Shown: positions 1 through 13,200 of the stretch, piece after piece
Numbering within the stretch: position 1 is the first letter of the stretch
Layout of the letters: each line of letters opens with the position of its first letter
Source of the DNA: Naegleria gruberi
Lineage: Eukaryota
Assembly: GCA_000004985.1 (NCBI GenBank)
Contig: GG738915.1
Strand: one strand, 5' to 3'
Length of the DNA stretch: 64,000 nucleotides
Position numbers and translations under genes: made by a program
Notes under the pieces: generated by a model
Told to the model about the DNA's origin: nothing
What the model saw: only the letters and a program-made list of their open reading frames with translations
The model's database searches: none

Positions 1-356
1 AGCCAAACCCAAACCCAAACCCAAACCCAAACCCAAACCCAAACCCAAACCCAAACCCAAACCCAAACCCAACCCAAACCCAAACCCAAACCCAAACCCA
101 AACCCAAACCCAAACCCAAACCCAAACCCAAACCCAAACCCAAACCCAAACCCAAACCCAAACCCAAACCCAAACCCAAACCCAAACCCAAACCCAAACC
201 CAAACCCAAACCCAAACCCAAACCCAAACCCAAACCCAAACCCAACCCAACCCCAACCCAAACCCAAACCCAAACCCAAACCCAAACTCAAACCCAAACC
301 CAAACCCAAACCCAAACCCAAACCCAAACCCAAACCCAAACCCAAACCCAAACCCA
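1..356. repeat. Telomere-type hexamer array (CCCAAA)n, about 59 units, C-rich strand reading 5'->3' from the window start (G-strand TTTGGG). Minor variants are CCCAA/CCCCAA at about 241-260 and AAACTC at about 286-294
   Basis: Direct reading shows a perfect 6-nt periodicity of cccaaa. The orientation is as expected for a left chromosome end. A degenerate telomere-like tail (ctaaaccc, accctagccc) continues to about 410. Confidence 0.9.
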
Positions 357-956
357 GTTCTAAAATAGAATTCTTCTAAACCCAACCTTCAAACCCTAGC
401 CCAAAATTATAAACTTATTCAAATATCATTAAATTTTATATCATTCGATAGGAAATGATGAGTAGAACAACGTGGTATATTTAGTTTTTCAATTTATAAA
501 ATATTAACTTTGTAAATAATGTCAGATTAAAATTTCTAAAATGAAACTATAGGAAGAATGATAATTTCAAAATCCTTTAATGAGATTATATAGTATATAT
601 CATCATTAACAACATTCATAATCACTTTCATATCAAATTTCTAAAATTCAAGTCTGTAGACATAAAAGTATGAAGTGAAAAGGGAAGTTGTGAGGTACAA
701 TAGGTCAATAATAACTTCTGAGTTTCTCATCAAAGCATATTATATCCTGATATGAAAATGTTCCATTTGATGAGTAAACATCGAATATCAAATTTATTTT
801 GACATTTATATTTAAAGATTTCTTCCCTCAACCATCATATGGTAAACTATGATGAAAGGATGAAATCTTGAAAAAGGACCTCTATTGAAACTTTACCAAT
901 ATGATTTAGATGACCTATAATAATGTAGAATTCAATTTCATATCATANNNNNNNNN
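357..956. repeat. Subtelomeric unit, copy A (unique AT-rich sequence immediately internal to the telomere array; truncated by the N gap)
   Basis: Bases 357 to about 790 are roughly 90% identical to 3881-4309 (copy B), with the same order of motifs: ttctaaaatagaattcttctaaaccc ... gaaatgatgagtagaacaacgtg ... gagtttctcatcaaagcatat. Confidence 0.75.
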
Positions 957-3510
957 NNNNNNNNNNNNNNNNNNNNNNNNNNNNNNNNNNNNNNNNNNNN
1001 NNNNNNNNNNNNNNNNNNNNNNNNNNNNNNNNNNNNNNNNNNNNNNNNNNNNNNNNNNNNNNNNNNNNNNNNNNNNNNNNNNNNNNNNNNNNNNNNNNNN
1101 NNNNNNNNNNNNNNNNNNNNNNNNNNNNNNNNNNNNNNNNNNNNNNNNNNNNNNNNNNNNNNNNNNNNNNNNNNNNNNNNNNNNNNNNNNNNNNNNNNNN
1201 NNNNNNNNNNNNNNNNNNNNNNNNNNNNNNNNNNNNNNNNNNNNNNNNNNNNNNNNNNNNNNNNNNNNNNNNNNNNNNNNNNNNNNNNNNNNNNNNNNNN
1301 NNNNNNNNNNNNNNNNNNNNNNNNNNNNNNNNNNNNNNNNNNNNNNNNNNNNNNNNNNNNNNNNNNNNNNNNNNNNNNNNNNNNNNNNNNNNNNNNNNNN
1401 NNNNNNNNNNNNNNNNNNNNNNNNNNNNNNNNNNNNNNNNNNNNNNNNNNNNNNNNNNNNNNNNNNNNNNNNNNNNNNNNNNNNNNNNNNNNNNNNNNNN
1501 NNNNNNNNNNNNNNNNNNNNNNNNNNNNNNNNNNNNNNNNNNNNNNNNNNNNNNNNNNNNNNNNNNNNNNNNNNNNNNNNNNNNNNNNNNNNNNNNNNNN
1601 NNNNNNNNNNNNNNNNNNNNNNNNNNNNNNNNNNNNNNNNNNNNNNNNNNNNNNNNNNNNNNNNNNNNNNNNNNNNNNNNNNNNNNNNNNNNNNNNNNNN
1701 NNNNNNNNNNNNNNNNNNNNNNNNNNNNNNNNNNNNNNNNNNNNNNNNNNNNNNNNNNNNNNNNNNNNNNNNNNNNNNNNNNNNNNNNNNNNNNNNNNNN
1801 NNNNNNNNNNNNNNNNNNNNNNNNNNNNNNNNNNNNNNNNNNNNNNNNNNNNNNNNNNNNNNNNNNNNNNNNNNNNNNNNNNNNNNNNNNNNNNNNNNNN
1901 NNNNNNNNNNNNNNNNNNNNNNNNNNNNNNNNNNNNNNNNNNNNNNNNNNNNNNNNNNNNNNNNNNNNNNNNNNNNNNNNNNNNNNNNNNNNNNNNNNNN
2001 NNNNNNNNNNNNNNNNNNNNNNNNNNNNNNNNNNNNNNNNNNNNNNNNNNNNNNNNNNNNNNNNNNNNNNNNNNNNNNNNNNNNNNNNNNNNNNNNNNNN
2101 NNNNNNNNNNNNNNNNNNNNNNNNNNNNNNNNNNNNNNNNNNNNNNNNNNNNNNNNNNNNNNNNNNNNNNNNNNNNNNNNNNNNNNNNNNNNNNNNNNNN
2201 NNNNNNNNNNNNNNNNNNNNNNNNNNNNNNNNNNNNNNNNNNNNNNNNNNNNNNNNNNNNNNNNNNNNNNNNNNNNNNNNNNNNNNNNNNNNNNNNNNNN
2301 NNNNNNNNNNNNNNNNNNNNNNNNNNNNNNNNNNNNNNNNNNNNNNNNNNNNNNNNNNNNNNNNNNNNNNNNNNNNNNNNNNNNNNNNNNNNNNNNNNNN
2401 NNNNNNNNNNNNNNNNNNNNNNNNNNNNNNNNNNNNNNNNNNNNNNNNNNNNNNNNNNNNNNNNNNNNNNNNNNNNNNNNNNNNNNNNNNNNNNNNNNNN
2501 NNNNNNNNNNNNNNNNNNNNNNNNNNNNNNNNNNNNNNNNNNNNNNNNNNNNNNNNNNNNNNNNNNNNNNNNNNNNNNNNNNNNNNNNNNNNNNNNNNNN
2601 NNNNNNNNNNNNNNNNNNNNNNNNNNNNNNNNNNNNNNNNNNNNNNNNNNNNNNNNNNNNNNNNNNNNNNNNNNNNNNNNNNNNNNNNNNNNNNNNNNNN
2701 NNNNNNNNNNNNNNNNNNNNNNNNNNNNNNNNNNNNNNNNNNNNNNNNNNNNNNNNNNNNNNNNNNNNNNNNNNNNNNNNNNNNNNNNNNNNNNNNNNNN
2801 NNNNNNNNNNNNNNNNNNNNNNNNNNNNNNNNNNNNNNNNNNNNNNNNNNNNNNNNNNNNNNNNNNNNNNNNNNNNNNNNNNNNNNNNNNNNNNNNNNNN
2901 NNNNNNNNNNNNNNNNNNNNNNNNNNNNNNNNNNNNNNNNNNNNNNNNNNNNNNNNNNNNNNNNNNNNNNNNNNNNNNNNNNNNNNNNNNNNNNNNNNNN
3001 NNNNNNNNNNNNNNNNNNNNNNNNNNNNNNNNNNNNNNNNNNNNNNNNNNNNNNNNNNNNNNNNNNNNNNNNNNNNNNNNNNNNNNNNNNNNNNNNNNNN
3101 NNNNNNNNNNNNNNNNNNNNNNNNNNNNNNNNNNNNNNNNNNNNNNNNNNNNNNNNNNNNNNNNNNNNNNNNNNNNNNNNNNNNNNNNNNNNNNNNNNNN
3201 NNNNNNNNNNNNNNNNNNNNNNNNNNNNNNNNNNNNNNNNNNNNNNNNNNNNNNNNNNNNNNNNNNNNNNNNNNNNNNNNNNNNNNNNNNNNNNNNNNNN
3301 NNNNNNNNNNNNNNNNNNNNNNNNNNNNNNNNNNNNNNNNNNNNNNNNNNNNNNNNNNNNNNNNNNNNNNNNNNNNNNNNNNNNNNNNNNNNNNNNNNNN
3401 NNNNNNNNNNNNNNNNNNNNNNNNNNNNNNNNNNNNNNNNNNNNNNNNNNNNNNNNNNNNNNNNNNNNNNNNNNNNNNNNNNNNNNNNNNNNNNNNNNNN
3501 NNNNNNNNNN
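957..3510. other. Assembly gap (2554 N)
   Basis: A run of n. All ORFs spanning it in the track are artefacts. Confidence 1.
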
Positions 3511-3880
3511 TAACCCAAACCCAAACCCAAACCCAAACCCAAACCCAAACCCAAACCCAAACCCAAACCCAAACCCAAACCCAAACCCAAACCCAAACCC
3601 AAACCCAAACCCAAACCCAAACCCAAACCCAAACCCAAACCCAACCCAAACCCAAACCCAAACCCAAACCCAAACCCAAACCCAAACCCAAACCCAAACC
3701 CAAACCCAAACCCAAACCCAAACCCAAACCCAAACCCAAACCCAAACCCAAACCCAAACCCAAACCCAAACCCAAACCCAAACCCAAACCCAAACCCAAA
3801 CCCAAACCCAAACCCAAACCCAAACCCAAACCCAAACCCAAACCCAAACCCAAACCCAAACCCAAACCCAAACCCAAACC
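3511..3880. repeat. Second (CCCAAA)n array, about 61 units, same orientation as the first
   Basis: Direct reading. It is followed by copy B of the subtelomeric unit, so this is either an interstitial telomere block or a tandem telomere-subtelomere unit. Confidence 0.9.
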
Positions 3881-4309
3881 CAATTCTAAAAATAGAATTC
3901 TTCTAAACCCAATGTTCAAACCCTAGCCCAAAATTATAAACTTATTCAAATATCATTAAATTTTATATCATTCGATAGCTAATGATGAGTAGAACAACGT
4001 GTTATATTTAGTTTTTCAATTTATAAAATATTAACTTTGTAAATAATGTCAGATTAAAATTTGTAAAATGAAACTATAGGAAGAATGTTAATTTCAAAAT
4101 CCTTTAATGAGATTATATAGTCTATATCATCATAAACAATATTCATAATCACTTTCATATCAAATTATAAAAGTTCATGTCTGTAGATATAAAAGTATAG
4201 AGTGAAAAGGGAAGATGTGAGGTAAAAGAGGTCAACAATAACTTTTGAGTTTCTCATCAAAACATATTGAATCCTGACATGAAAATGTTCCATTTGGTGA
4301 GTATACATC
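3881..4309. repeat. Subtelomeric unit, copy B (truncated by a 50-N gap at 4310-4359)
   Basis: About 90% identical to 357-790. Confidence 0.75.
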
Positions 4310-4359
4310 NNNNNNNNNNNNNNNNNNNNNNNNNNNNNNNNNNNNNNNNNNNNNNNNNN
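4310..4359. other. Assembly gap (50 N) inside the subtelomeric EGF-repeat gene
   Basis: n run. Confidence 1.
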
Positions 4360-6379
4360 AGTAAGATGTTTCATTCATAGAAATATTATTAAAAGTAATG
4401 TTACTAATAATTGTGCTATTTTGTGGTATAGTAACATTACAACTTAATCCAGTGAAACTCTCTTTGCACTCACATGTATCATTCATTGTACAATTACCAT
4501 TTCCTGAGCAGACAGAACTATTACTATTCAGAACACCAAAACACGAAACTAGTAAATAAATTTGTGAGGACTCAGCAGAGACGTTACTGTTAATAATGGT
4601 ATTGTTGATAGTGGGTTGAAGGAGGGGAGAATTTACATCCGTTTCATTAGTGTTGGAAGTTGAGTTATGAGAAGAGTTATTGTTCATTTTGGTTTCGTTG
4701 AAATAAGCAGTATCATTTAAAGAAATATAGTTCAAACTACTGTTGGTTATTGATTTGCTAGGGTTCATTTTGGTTTCATTAAAGTGCACTGTATCATTTA
4801 AGGAAGTGGTATTTACAGTATTATTACTCAAAGAAATATAATTTGAAGTGCCATTAGTTATTGATATGTTGCTCATTATAGTTTCGTTAAAGTAAGATGT
4901 TTCATTCATAGAAGTATTATTAAAAGTAGTGTTAGCAAAAGAAATATTGCTAATAATTGTACTATTTTGTAAAATTGTCACATTACAACTTAATCCAGTA
5001 AAATGAGATTTACACGAGCATGTATCATGCATTGTACAGTTACCATTTCCAGAACATACTGAACTATTGGTATTCAGAATACCAAAACAATTATAGAAGA
5101 AGCAATCATTTCCAAAATATCCACTTTCACAGGTACAATTGTTATAAAAGCTGCAATCTCCATGACCTGAACAAACCTTTGAATTATTAGAAGAAACGCC
5201 ATAACAGGAAGTAAAGTGACATTCATCACCAGTGTAACCATCATTACAGGTGCAATTATTTGGGGATGAACATACACCACTTGAGGAACAAACTTGAGAC
5301 GAACTACCGAGAATTCCATAACAATTATGGTGTTGACACTCATTTCCAAAAAACCCACTTTGACAAGAACAATTATTTGGAGATGAACACAATCCTCTGG
5401 AAGAGCAGACACTGGAATTGTCAAAAGAAATTCCAGAACAGTCGTAATTTTGGCAATTATTGCCTGTAAAATCAAATTCACAATGGCAATCGTCTACTTC
5501 AGCACATATACCTCTTCCTAAACAAACTTCACTTGAATTAGAATAAATATCATTACATGTTGTAATTGAGCAATTAGAGCCATAATAATTTAAATAACAT
5601 GAACATGAATTATAATCAGTGCATGAACCATGTCCTGAGCAAACATCAGAATTTGTTTTTGGTACAGAGTAGCAATCAAAATTTTCACAATCAGGTCCAT
5701 AATAATTTGAAACGCAAGAACATGAATTATAATCTACACATATTCCTTTTCCTGAGCAAACTTCACTTGAATTAGAATAAATATCATTACATGTTGTAAT
5801 TGAGCAATTAGAGCCATAATAATTAGATGAGCAGCTACAAGTGTTATATGATGCACAAGTACCATGATTAGAACAGCCAGTTGTAAGAGAATTTGAATAT
5901 CCATTACAAGTCCAAGAAGAACAATTAGCACCTGAGTAACCATATGAACACGAACAATTGTTAACATCTATACAATTTCCATTTGAATTACAAACAGTGG
6001 AGTCATCAGATCTAATCGAGTAACAATAGGGTAGATTACAATAACCTCCACCATAATTTGCATCACACACCATGTAAATTTTTCTGAGTTCATCACTTTC
6101 TGCAATTAACATCAAGTTGTTATCGCTGGAAAAAGTCAAACCTACAAGTGTGTTGAACTTGGTATAAGCCAGAGTTTCTCCATCATTATATGTTCCAGCA
6201 CTATTACCAGCATAGGACGTTATTGTACCAGTGTTAGCATTGGCAGTGGCAGGTGTGAAAAGTTTAAGAGCACCACTCTCAGTGTAGTATACATTACCGT
6301 TGTCGTTTACATAAAAATCTTTGATGGCTACAGAAGAGGTCTTATTAAGTTAGTTTAAATAGTTCAATCAAAACTTACA
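4360..6379 (-). CDS. Partial gene for a secreted/surface-type protein. An N-terminal region is followed by about 10 tenascin-type EGF repeats (C-x-C-x2-G-[YF]-x-G-x2-C). Then come two near-identical copies of a segment (SVCSGNGNCTM.DTC.CK.SFTGLSCNVTI) embedded in a very NxS/T-rich (N-glycosylation-sequon-rich) Ser/Asn/Thr region. The 3' end is lost in the 4310-4359 gap, and the 5' end is lost in the 6386-6435 gap.
   Basis: The ORF at 4232..6139 in the track begins with TTG, not ATG. The same frame stays open upstream to a canonical minus-strand intron (GTAAGT at about 6378-6373 ... TCTGTAG ending at about 6328), which joins a further upstream exon fragment at 6379-6385. An internal 200-nt DNA duplication lies at 4360-4560 versus 4880-5090. 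The part of the track ORF at 4232-4309 lies in the subtelomeric repeat and is probably not coding. Confidence 0.6.
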
Positions 6380-6385
6380 GTAAAA

Positions 6386-6435
6386 NNNNNNNNNNNNNNN
6401 NNNNNNNNNNNNNNNNNNNNNNNNNNNNNNNNNNN
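6386..6435. other. Assembly gap (50 N) at the 5' end of the subtelomeric EGF-repeat gene
   Basis: n run. Confidence 1.
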
Positions 6436-6439
6436 ATAT

Positions 6440-6930
6440 CATGGTATGTAGACACTCTAATTAGTATGTGGTATCAATTTCATGAATATTGGTTCAGTAG
6501 ATGTCGAGGTGTCAACTCTATCAATTTACTATAGATATTTGACATGATATCATAGATTATACTCCAAATCACTCATTTTACGTATAACAAGTCTAGAATT
6601 GATACCACATAGTCTATATATCAATTAAATACATCTACAATAGTTAAGAAACATTTCAAACTATTTTCATAAAATTAATCAGTAAATGTTCAATATCAAC
6701 ATTATATATATCCTAGTGAACACTCCATCTCAGTGAAAGTTATTCCAATCATTCTGTAACTTTACCCAATACGTTTAGTCACACTATTATACATCTGGTA
6801 TCAATTTCATAGTTTTAGAATTGAATTCAATATGATAATAATAACAATCTTTCAAAATATCACATTTCAAAAAAGAGATTACACTCCATCTCAGTCAGTT
6901 TACAAAATATCATACTAGTATCAAATATGA
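6440..6930. repeat. Degenerate short tandem/dispersed motif family: acactccatctcagt[cg]a (6717-6735, 6883-6901; third copy at about 9172-9190) and ggtatcaatttcat (6472-6485, 6797-6810), with roughly 160-325 bp spacing
   Basis: Exact 15-nt matches are seen in AT-rich non-coding DNA. No ORF support. Confidence 0.35.
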
Positions 6931-9900
6931 ATAGACTCCTCTTGATGAGGAGTACAATCTGAGAAAGTTTCAAATTGATGGCTCAGTATCTTCAAGTCAA
7001 CTAAGTCAACCTTAGAATAGACAAGTCAATTAAGTACATCAAGTCAATAATTGAAAATTGAAATATAGTATATTTATTAAATATTAATAGGACTCTTCTA
7101 AATAACTATATTGTTTAAATCAATATTTGTAAAGTTGTCAACACATCATGTCACAGATCATACTCTTTCTCAATAAATACTTGACTAAATCAATTGAAAT
7201 TGACATAGAGTTGTTTATATGTAGTACTGAATATGTTATATCAATATCTTTTAAAATTGTCAAGTATTAAGGAAGATCTAAAAAAAATAAGGTGGTTATA
7301 ATGAATAAGTTAGTAAAATCACCTTGAATCGATCACTCGTCCCTTAATTGACGATCCGGCATACAACCACTGAACCAACAGTGTTATAGCTGTAATTTCT
7401 AGAAATGCTTCATATGAAGAACCAAGTGGTTGTATGACCTGGAATTGTCGGCTTCTATTAAGAACAACAATTAACAAAATAACAACAAGAATTGTATCAT
7501 TATATGATAATAACAATAATTTATTAAACAATATGGAAGGGAGAAGTTGCTCCCTCACCAAATGATGGAGGGAAGATTCAACTTGATGAACAAGAGATGG
7601 TACCTCCACCATCTACTTAAATTCAGTATCATTGAAGATTATCCTGATGATCTTGATAAATAGATTCATACATCGGAAAAGTGTTGGAAGCAGAGTAATT
7701 TGGCGTTGTATTTTGATAATCGTAATATTTTAAAGGGTTAAAAATGGAGTTAATTAATGCGATTATCAAAATAATGGCTTTAAATCCATGGCTATTAGCA
7801 CTGCCAACAAGCAAATTGTGGAGTGAGAAACATTACCACTTCCACCTAATATTAATAAATATTATTTACTTGTTCCTTAATGATCTTAATGATATCGGAA
7901 TAAGTGCGCACCGCAATTAAAGATAGTTTCACACTTGTTCAACACAGCTATTAAGCAATAGAAAATTAACAAGTTTAACACCAATTCAAATACAAAATAC
8001 TCAACAATTACTGAATTAAATGCAAATATCCCAACGTCATTTTGTAGAGAATTAAGTTGAACCTATGCGATTTTTCACCTTTTGCCAAATGGTTGCGTAT
8101 CTAGCAAGCCCCCCCAAGAGAACAAAAAACACAGAAATATTGAGGTAAAACGAGTTGATTATCTACATTATTTGATAGCAACCAATATTAAAATTATATA
8201 TCAGCATGTAGCCGTGAACATTTCCTATCTAATGATATATATCGATGTATATGAAGTCTTATAAATAATGATGTTTTAAGAGCGCAGATTAATATCCAAA
8301 CCCTAGTAAAATGTTGAGTTTCACCAAAATAAAGATATTTCCAAGACATAGAAATCACCCATACTATTCTACTATATTAAATATATCTATGATGACGGTT
8401 GGTGAGTGTTCCGAGGATGGTTTACCAACTTGAAAAATTATAATCCAAAAATTGATTTACTATTTTATGATGAAAGTCCAATAATAAAAATTACTACTAT
8501 TACTACTATTTAGATGATGTTGAGATGATGATGTGAAAGTTTGGCAGCTTACGGATGTGAAACCACTCGAAGAATCATCAAAGTACATCACGTACTAGAT
8601 GTTGAAATATTTTTTCACATATTCGCAACTGAACAAACAAACCTTGCTTCAAAAAATCAACCAAACTCTAGTAATACCTTGCTTGGTTTTCGTTCCAACA
8701 ATTCAAGCCAAACAACACAAGAGAATCTATTTAATATAATTGGAAAATTCAATTTTATTAAATGTATCATTCAATTTATCGGTGTTACTAAGGTTGTGCA
8801 TTTTCCATTTTGGTTTACCGTCATCAGTATTAAGCGGATGCTCTTCTCCCGTCTGTAGTAAGAAACTGAGTGTTCTCCGTCTCATCCGTCCCCCGTTTCA
8901 CCGTCACTTAGTACCATCTCCTATTTAGATGATATAATGATGACTCTCCATTGTAACATGCATGTGAAATTGAATGTTGACACTTTTCATCTTGTTATAT
9001 TTATAGAGATGCTATCCAACAGAGTCAGTTCACAATATTAAATATTGAAACTCATTCTGTATGACATGTTTGATGTATAGAACGGTTTTTTATTGAATGT
9101 AATCAGTTTGAAATAATTTGATGAAACTGACACTGTCAGGTCACCATTTCATGACAAATAGACCATAGTTTACATTCCATCTCAGTCATTTCAACGAGTT
9201 ATTGATTAATTCCACCACCATTATGTTTCTCATACATTGTAGTACAGTTAATATTTCAAGAGTGATTTCTGTGTAGATTAGTATAATCGTAATACCTTGC
9301 CATACCAATAAAACTCAATAGAAGAGTTAATTCTTCTCATTTTCAAATAGATTATTCAATATAGAACACATATAGATAGTTTCCAGATCATAAAAGTCAA
9401 GATACTATATATGGTCTTTGATTAAATTTAAAAATAGACTGCCGTTAATTACTGGAATATTAATTCAAAGCTTGATGATAAAGCTATTGATTGAAATCAA
9501 ACCGATTATTGAATATTGATCATTGAATTGGTGAATAATCACTCTTGATAATGTTACTTATTCATATTGCATGCAAATCAACCTGATTCAATCTACAAAG
9601 GTTGGTAGTTGCACCACTTCGTGGCGAAACTACCCATCCACGATCAATCAACATTAGATTCACTTCCATTCAACTCAATTTGACCGTTATAATCAATAAA
9701 TCAATGAAATGTTACTTTATTAGCAATACCTATTCAATCTAATGAGTAGATTCACGTCCCAAACATTTGAATTCTCAAAGTCCATAGTTCAAAAGTTAGT
9801 ACTGACCTGACCTTTAAATATCTATCAATACAAGAAATTAAAACATCAAATTTACATCAATAATAGATGATAAGAAATATAATCAATGATATGAATCTTC

Positions 9901-10275
9901 ACTAAGTAATATCTTAAATAACCCAAATAAATCAACTCTGAATCCTAACCAAACCCTGAGCCAAATTAAAATAATTTCAAAGAGTAAACTTGCGTAATAC
10001 TATTTAAATTAACCTGTTCCAACAACATCCGAGATGTATTTATTGATTTGAAATTTTTCTAAAGTGATGATGATATTAAATTTCTTGACGATTAAAATTT
10101 CAAACAATAAAATTACTATTCGTGTATCCAAATATGATGTACATTGAATATCAATGTTTTCCATATTGAAATGATGAGATAATCAGCAATGATGAAGTGA
10201 TTATTTTTTTTTCAACTTTGAAAAATGTTAAGGAATCTTAATTAGTTCTTTATTCGATATTAATCGCCTAGACAT

Positions 10276-13200
10276 TTAAACCGATTTCAGTTCAACTCCT
10301 TGTTTTGATTCATTACTGGTTTCTGGTTTCATTTTCTTAACAACATACCAACCAACAATTCCCAATACAATAAAGGCAAAAATGATAAAGCAAATAATCA
10401 AGAAAGACCACAAAATCCAGAATAAATCAGAGATTCTCTTTGGAGTTTCAGGATTAACCGGTTTTTCAATTGGAATAGATGATAAAATACCAACTCTAAC
10501 ATTTTCTGAACATTCACAGTTTCCATAATTAGTATTGAAAGAGAATTTACATGAAGAAGCATCAATGACTTGACCGTTTGTAACTTGAATGCATGAATAA
10601 GTTGCCTTATCATTAAAGGTTTGTGTAAGTGGCAAGGAGTGAGTAATTGGTGAGGAATAGTTTGTAATAGATGTTGAGAATTTAATTTCAGACAAATCTG
10701 AAACAATAGTATTAGTTTTACCATCTTGAGGAGTAATAATTTGAGAAACATCCTTAATAATCATCCAAATGTAATTGACTGGCTTTCTGAGAGACACGCT
10801 TTGTAACCTTTGAGAAACAGTTGAAGGAAGGGTCAATGAAGTTTTACTTTCTGTCAATACTTGAGAATCAAAAGTATTCTTAAATTGCTTGTTGAATTGA
10901 TGAACTGCAAAATTAGTTTCAAACTTGGAAGAAGATTGACCAACAAGAACCTTTCTTGAAAGTAATGATGCCAACATGTGACAACTTTCCATCAATTCTG
11001 AATAATCATAAGAAGGTAAAGTCTTTAAGTACGAATGCATTGAGTTGAGTGATGAAATTAACAGCTTATCAGCACCGACTTCAACTTGGAATGATGGAGA
11101 ATTTTCAGCATCATCCAAGGTTGACCTGATAATATTCAAACTCTTATTATAGAGATTGGCAGAAACGTCACTCTTCAATAAAGATTCAACACCGAACATT
11201 ATGTTAGTAAAGAACTTTCCAGTTGTCTTTTCTCCATTTTCAGACTTGACTTGTTGAGAAGAGAAGAATGCAGTTGCCAAATCTTGATTAATTCCATTCA
11301 AAATTTCATAATCTTTCTTTGTCATTCTACAGTCAGATGTTGTGTAATCTTCCTCACATACACATTTTTCTTTAATCAAAAATCCATGACCAGAACAATC
11401 AGTCCTTACACTTCTTGATGTAGTTGTGAGGAAGGAATCTCTCATTCTCTGGAAAGTTCTTGAAATGGTTGCAGAGTTGAAAACAGATCTAGCATAATCA
11501 CCAGATGGTAATAATGAGGAGATGGCATTCCATTTTGTAATGTAATCCTTGACTTCCATGACATTTTCTACGGACGGAGCTGTAATTTGAACTGATTGTT
11601 TGGAAAGAGTTGTTGCAAGTGTTTCAGTATCAATAACCTTAACATAAAGTTCAAGATTATTGCCAGAATTTGGAGTTGGAAGTTTTTGATACAATTCTTC
11701 ATCCTTGGATAAGGAAATAAAAGAGCCTGAGAAATCATCAATGAAACCATATTCGAAAGCATAAGTCTTCTTATCGTTTTGACAATTTTCACAATTGAAA
11801 TTAAAGATTGTGGTCAAGGCAACACCAGAAGTTGGACTAATGGCACAACTACATGCCTTTGGAGGTCTGTTAACAGAGAAGGAATAAGAATATGATGTCT
11901 TTTGATTATTTCTATTATCCAAGACAGTTAATGAAATGGTATTAGAACTACCTTCATCCAAATATTGGGTATCCAAAATGAGAGAATTTGACAATGATGG
12001 ACTGCTGCTCATAGGTGATGTCAATACAGCATCAATGGCCTTATCATTCAATAACCATGTTCTAGTGATGAATTGATCAATATTTGAATCACCGTTAATA
12101 GTGACAACCAATTGAACGCTGACATAATCTCCCTTATTTACCTTTGAGGAAGATACTTGAACAACAGAGATCAAAGGTGGCATGATGACATTCTCTGCTT
12201 GTTGTGGTAAAATCAAATCAACTGATGATTGAACAGATCTACTTCCCTTTTGAATATTAAGGCTAATTCTAACATTTTCTGCTGAACCAACAATTGACTT
12301 TTCAATCTTGTATTGTTCAAGAACACCTTGAGATAAGTAATTTACAACAGCAGCTGGACAAGCAGTGTTTGTAACAGTATTCACACATGTCCAAGAATAA
12401 GTTGGTTGAACATTTTCAGACTCAGGATCAGTGAAATCTAATCCAATGGTACTGTATTGAGGAGTAGAATCTAAAACATACATGTTCATTGAGAGTGCTT
12501 GAGCTACAGTGTTGATATTGACCTCAGCCGTTGAAACTCTGTCAATATTAGAAGTATCGAAAGCAGAGACTTTGAAAACATATTGAATATTTCCAATGGT
12601 ATTGAATTTGGTAATCTTTAAATTCTTGAATGAATCAACTGCGAATTCTACTTGAGGACCACTTATTTGTTTCCATGTGTAGTCAATATTTGCAGCAGAG
12701 TCCATGTATGTTGGAATGGAAAGCTTCTTCTTGACTGAAATTGGAACATCACTAGTCTTGACAGTAATTGTACTTCTTTCATATAAACCATCAATGGAAA
12801 CAACTGGAACAGCATACGCAAGTTTTGTGAAACTGACTTGAATCTTATCAACCAATGAATAAACTTGACTGGTTACGGCCAATTCAAATTTATGGAAACC
12901 AGCATTCATACCAGAATAGCTAACATTCAATTTACTTGGAGAAACAAGAGATGTATCCAACAAGTTTTGAAGTGCTACCTTATTAGGTGCTAACAATACA
13001 GTCCATTTGAAATTTAATGCCTTTCTATCAGGTGAATAACTTTCAGAAGCATCAATTAAAACATCTTCACAACTTCCATAAGTTTCCTTAGCTCCAGAGA
13101 TTGTGGCAATTGGTCTTTTTGGTGATAAAGCAGCCTGGACGGTAAATGCCAAATATTGAACCGCGGTATTATTTGATTCAAAGTATAAATTATTCAAAGA

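Noticed and set aside
910-3919. Track ORFs 910..3513(+), 915..3644(-) and 938..3919(-), of 867-993 aa
   Set aside because: They consist almost entirely of X from the 2554-N gap, plus a translation of the telomere hexamer (GLGLGL.../WVWV...). Not genes.
7319-8928. Short ORFs in the AT-rich region (7319..7612, 7629..7814, 8082..8264, 8541..8858, 8740..8928)
   Set aside because: No ATG context, no domain, low-complexity or hydrophobic junk typical of AT-rich non-coding DNA. The region carries repeats instead.
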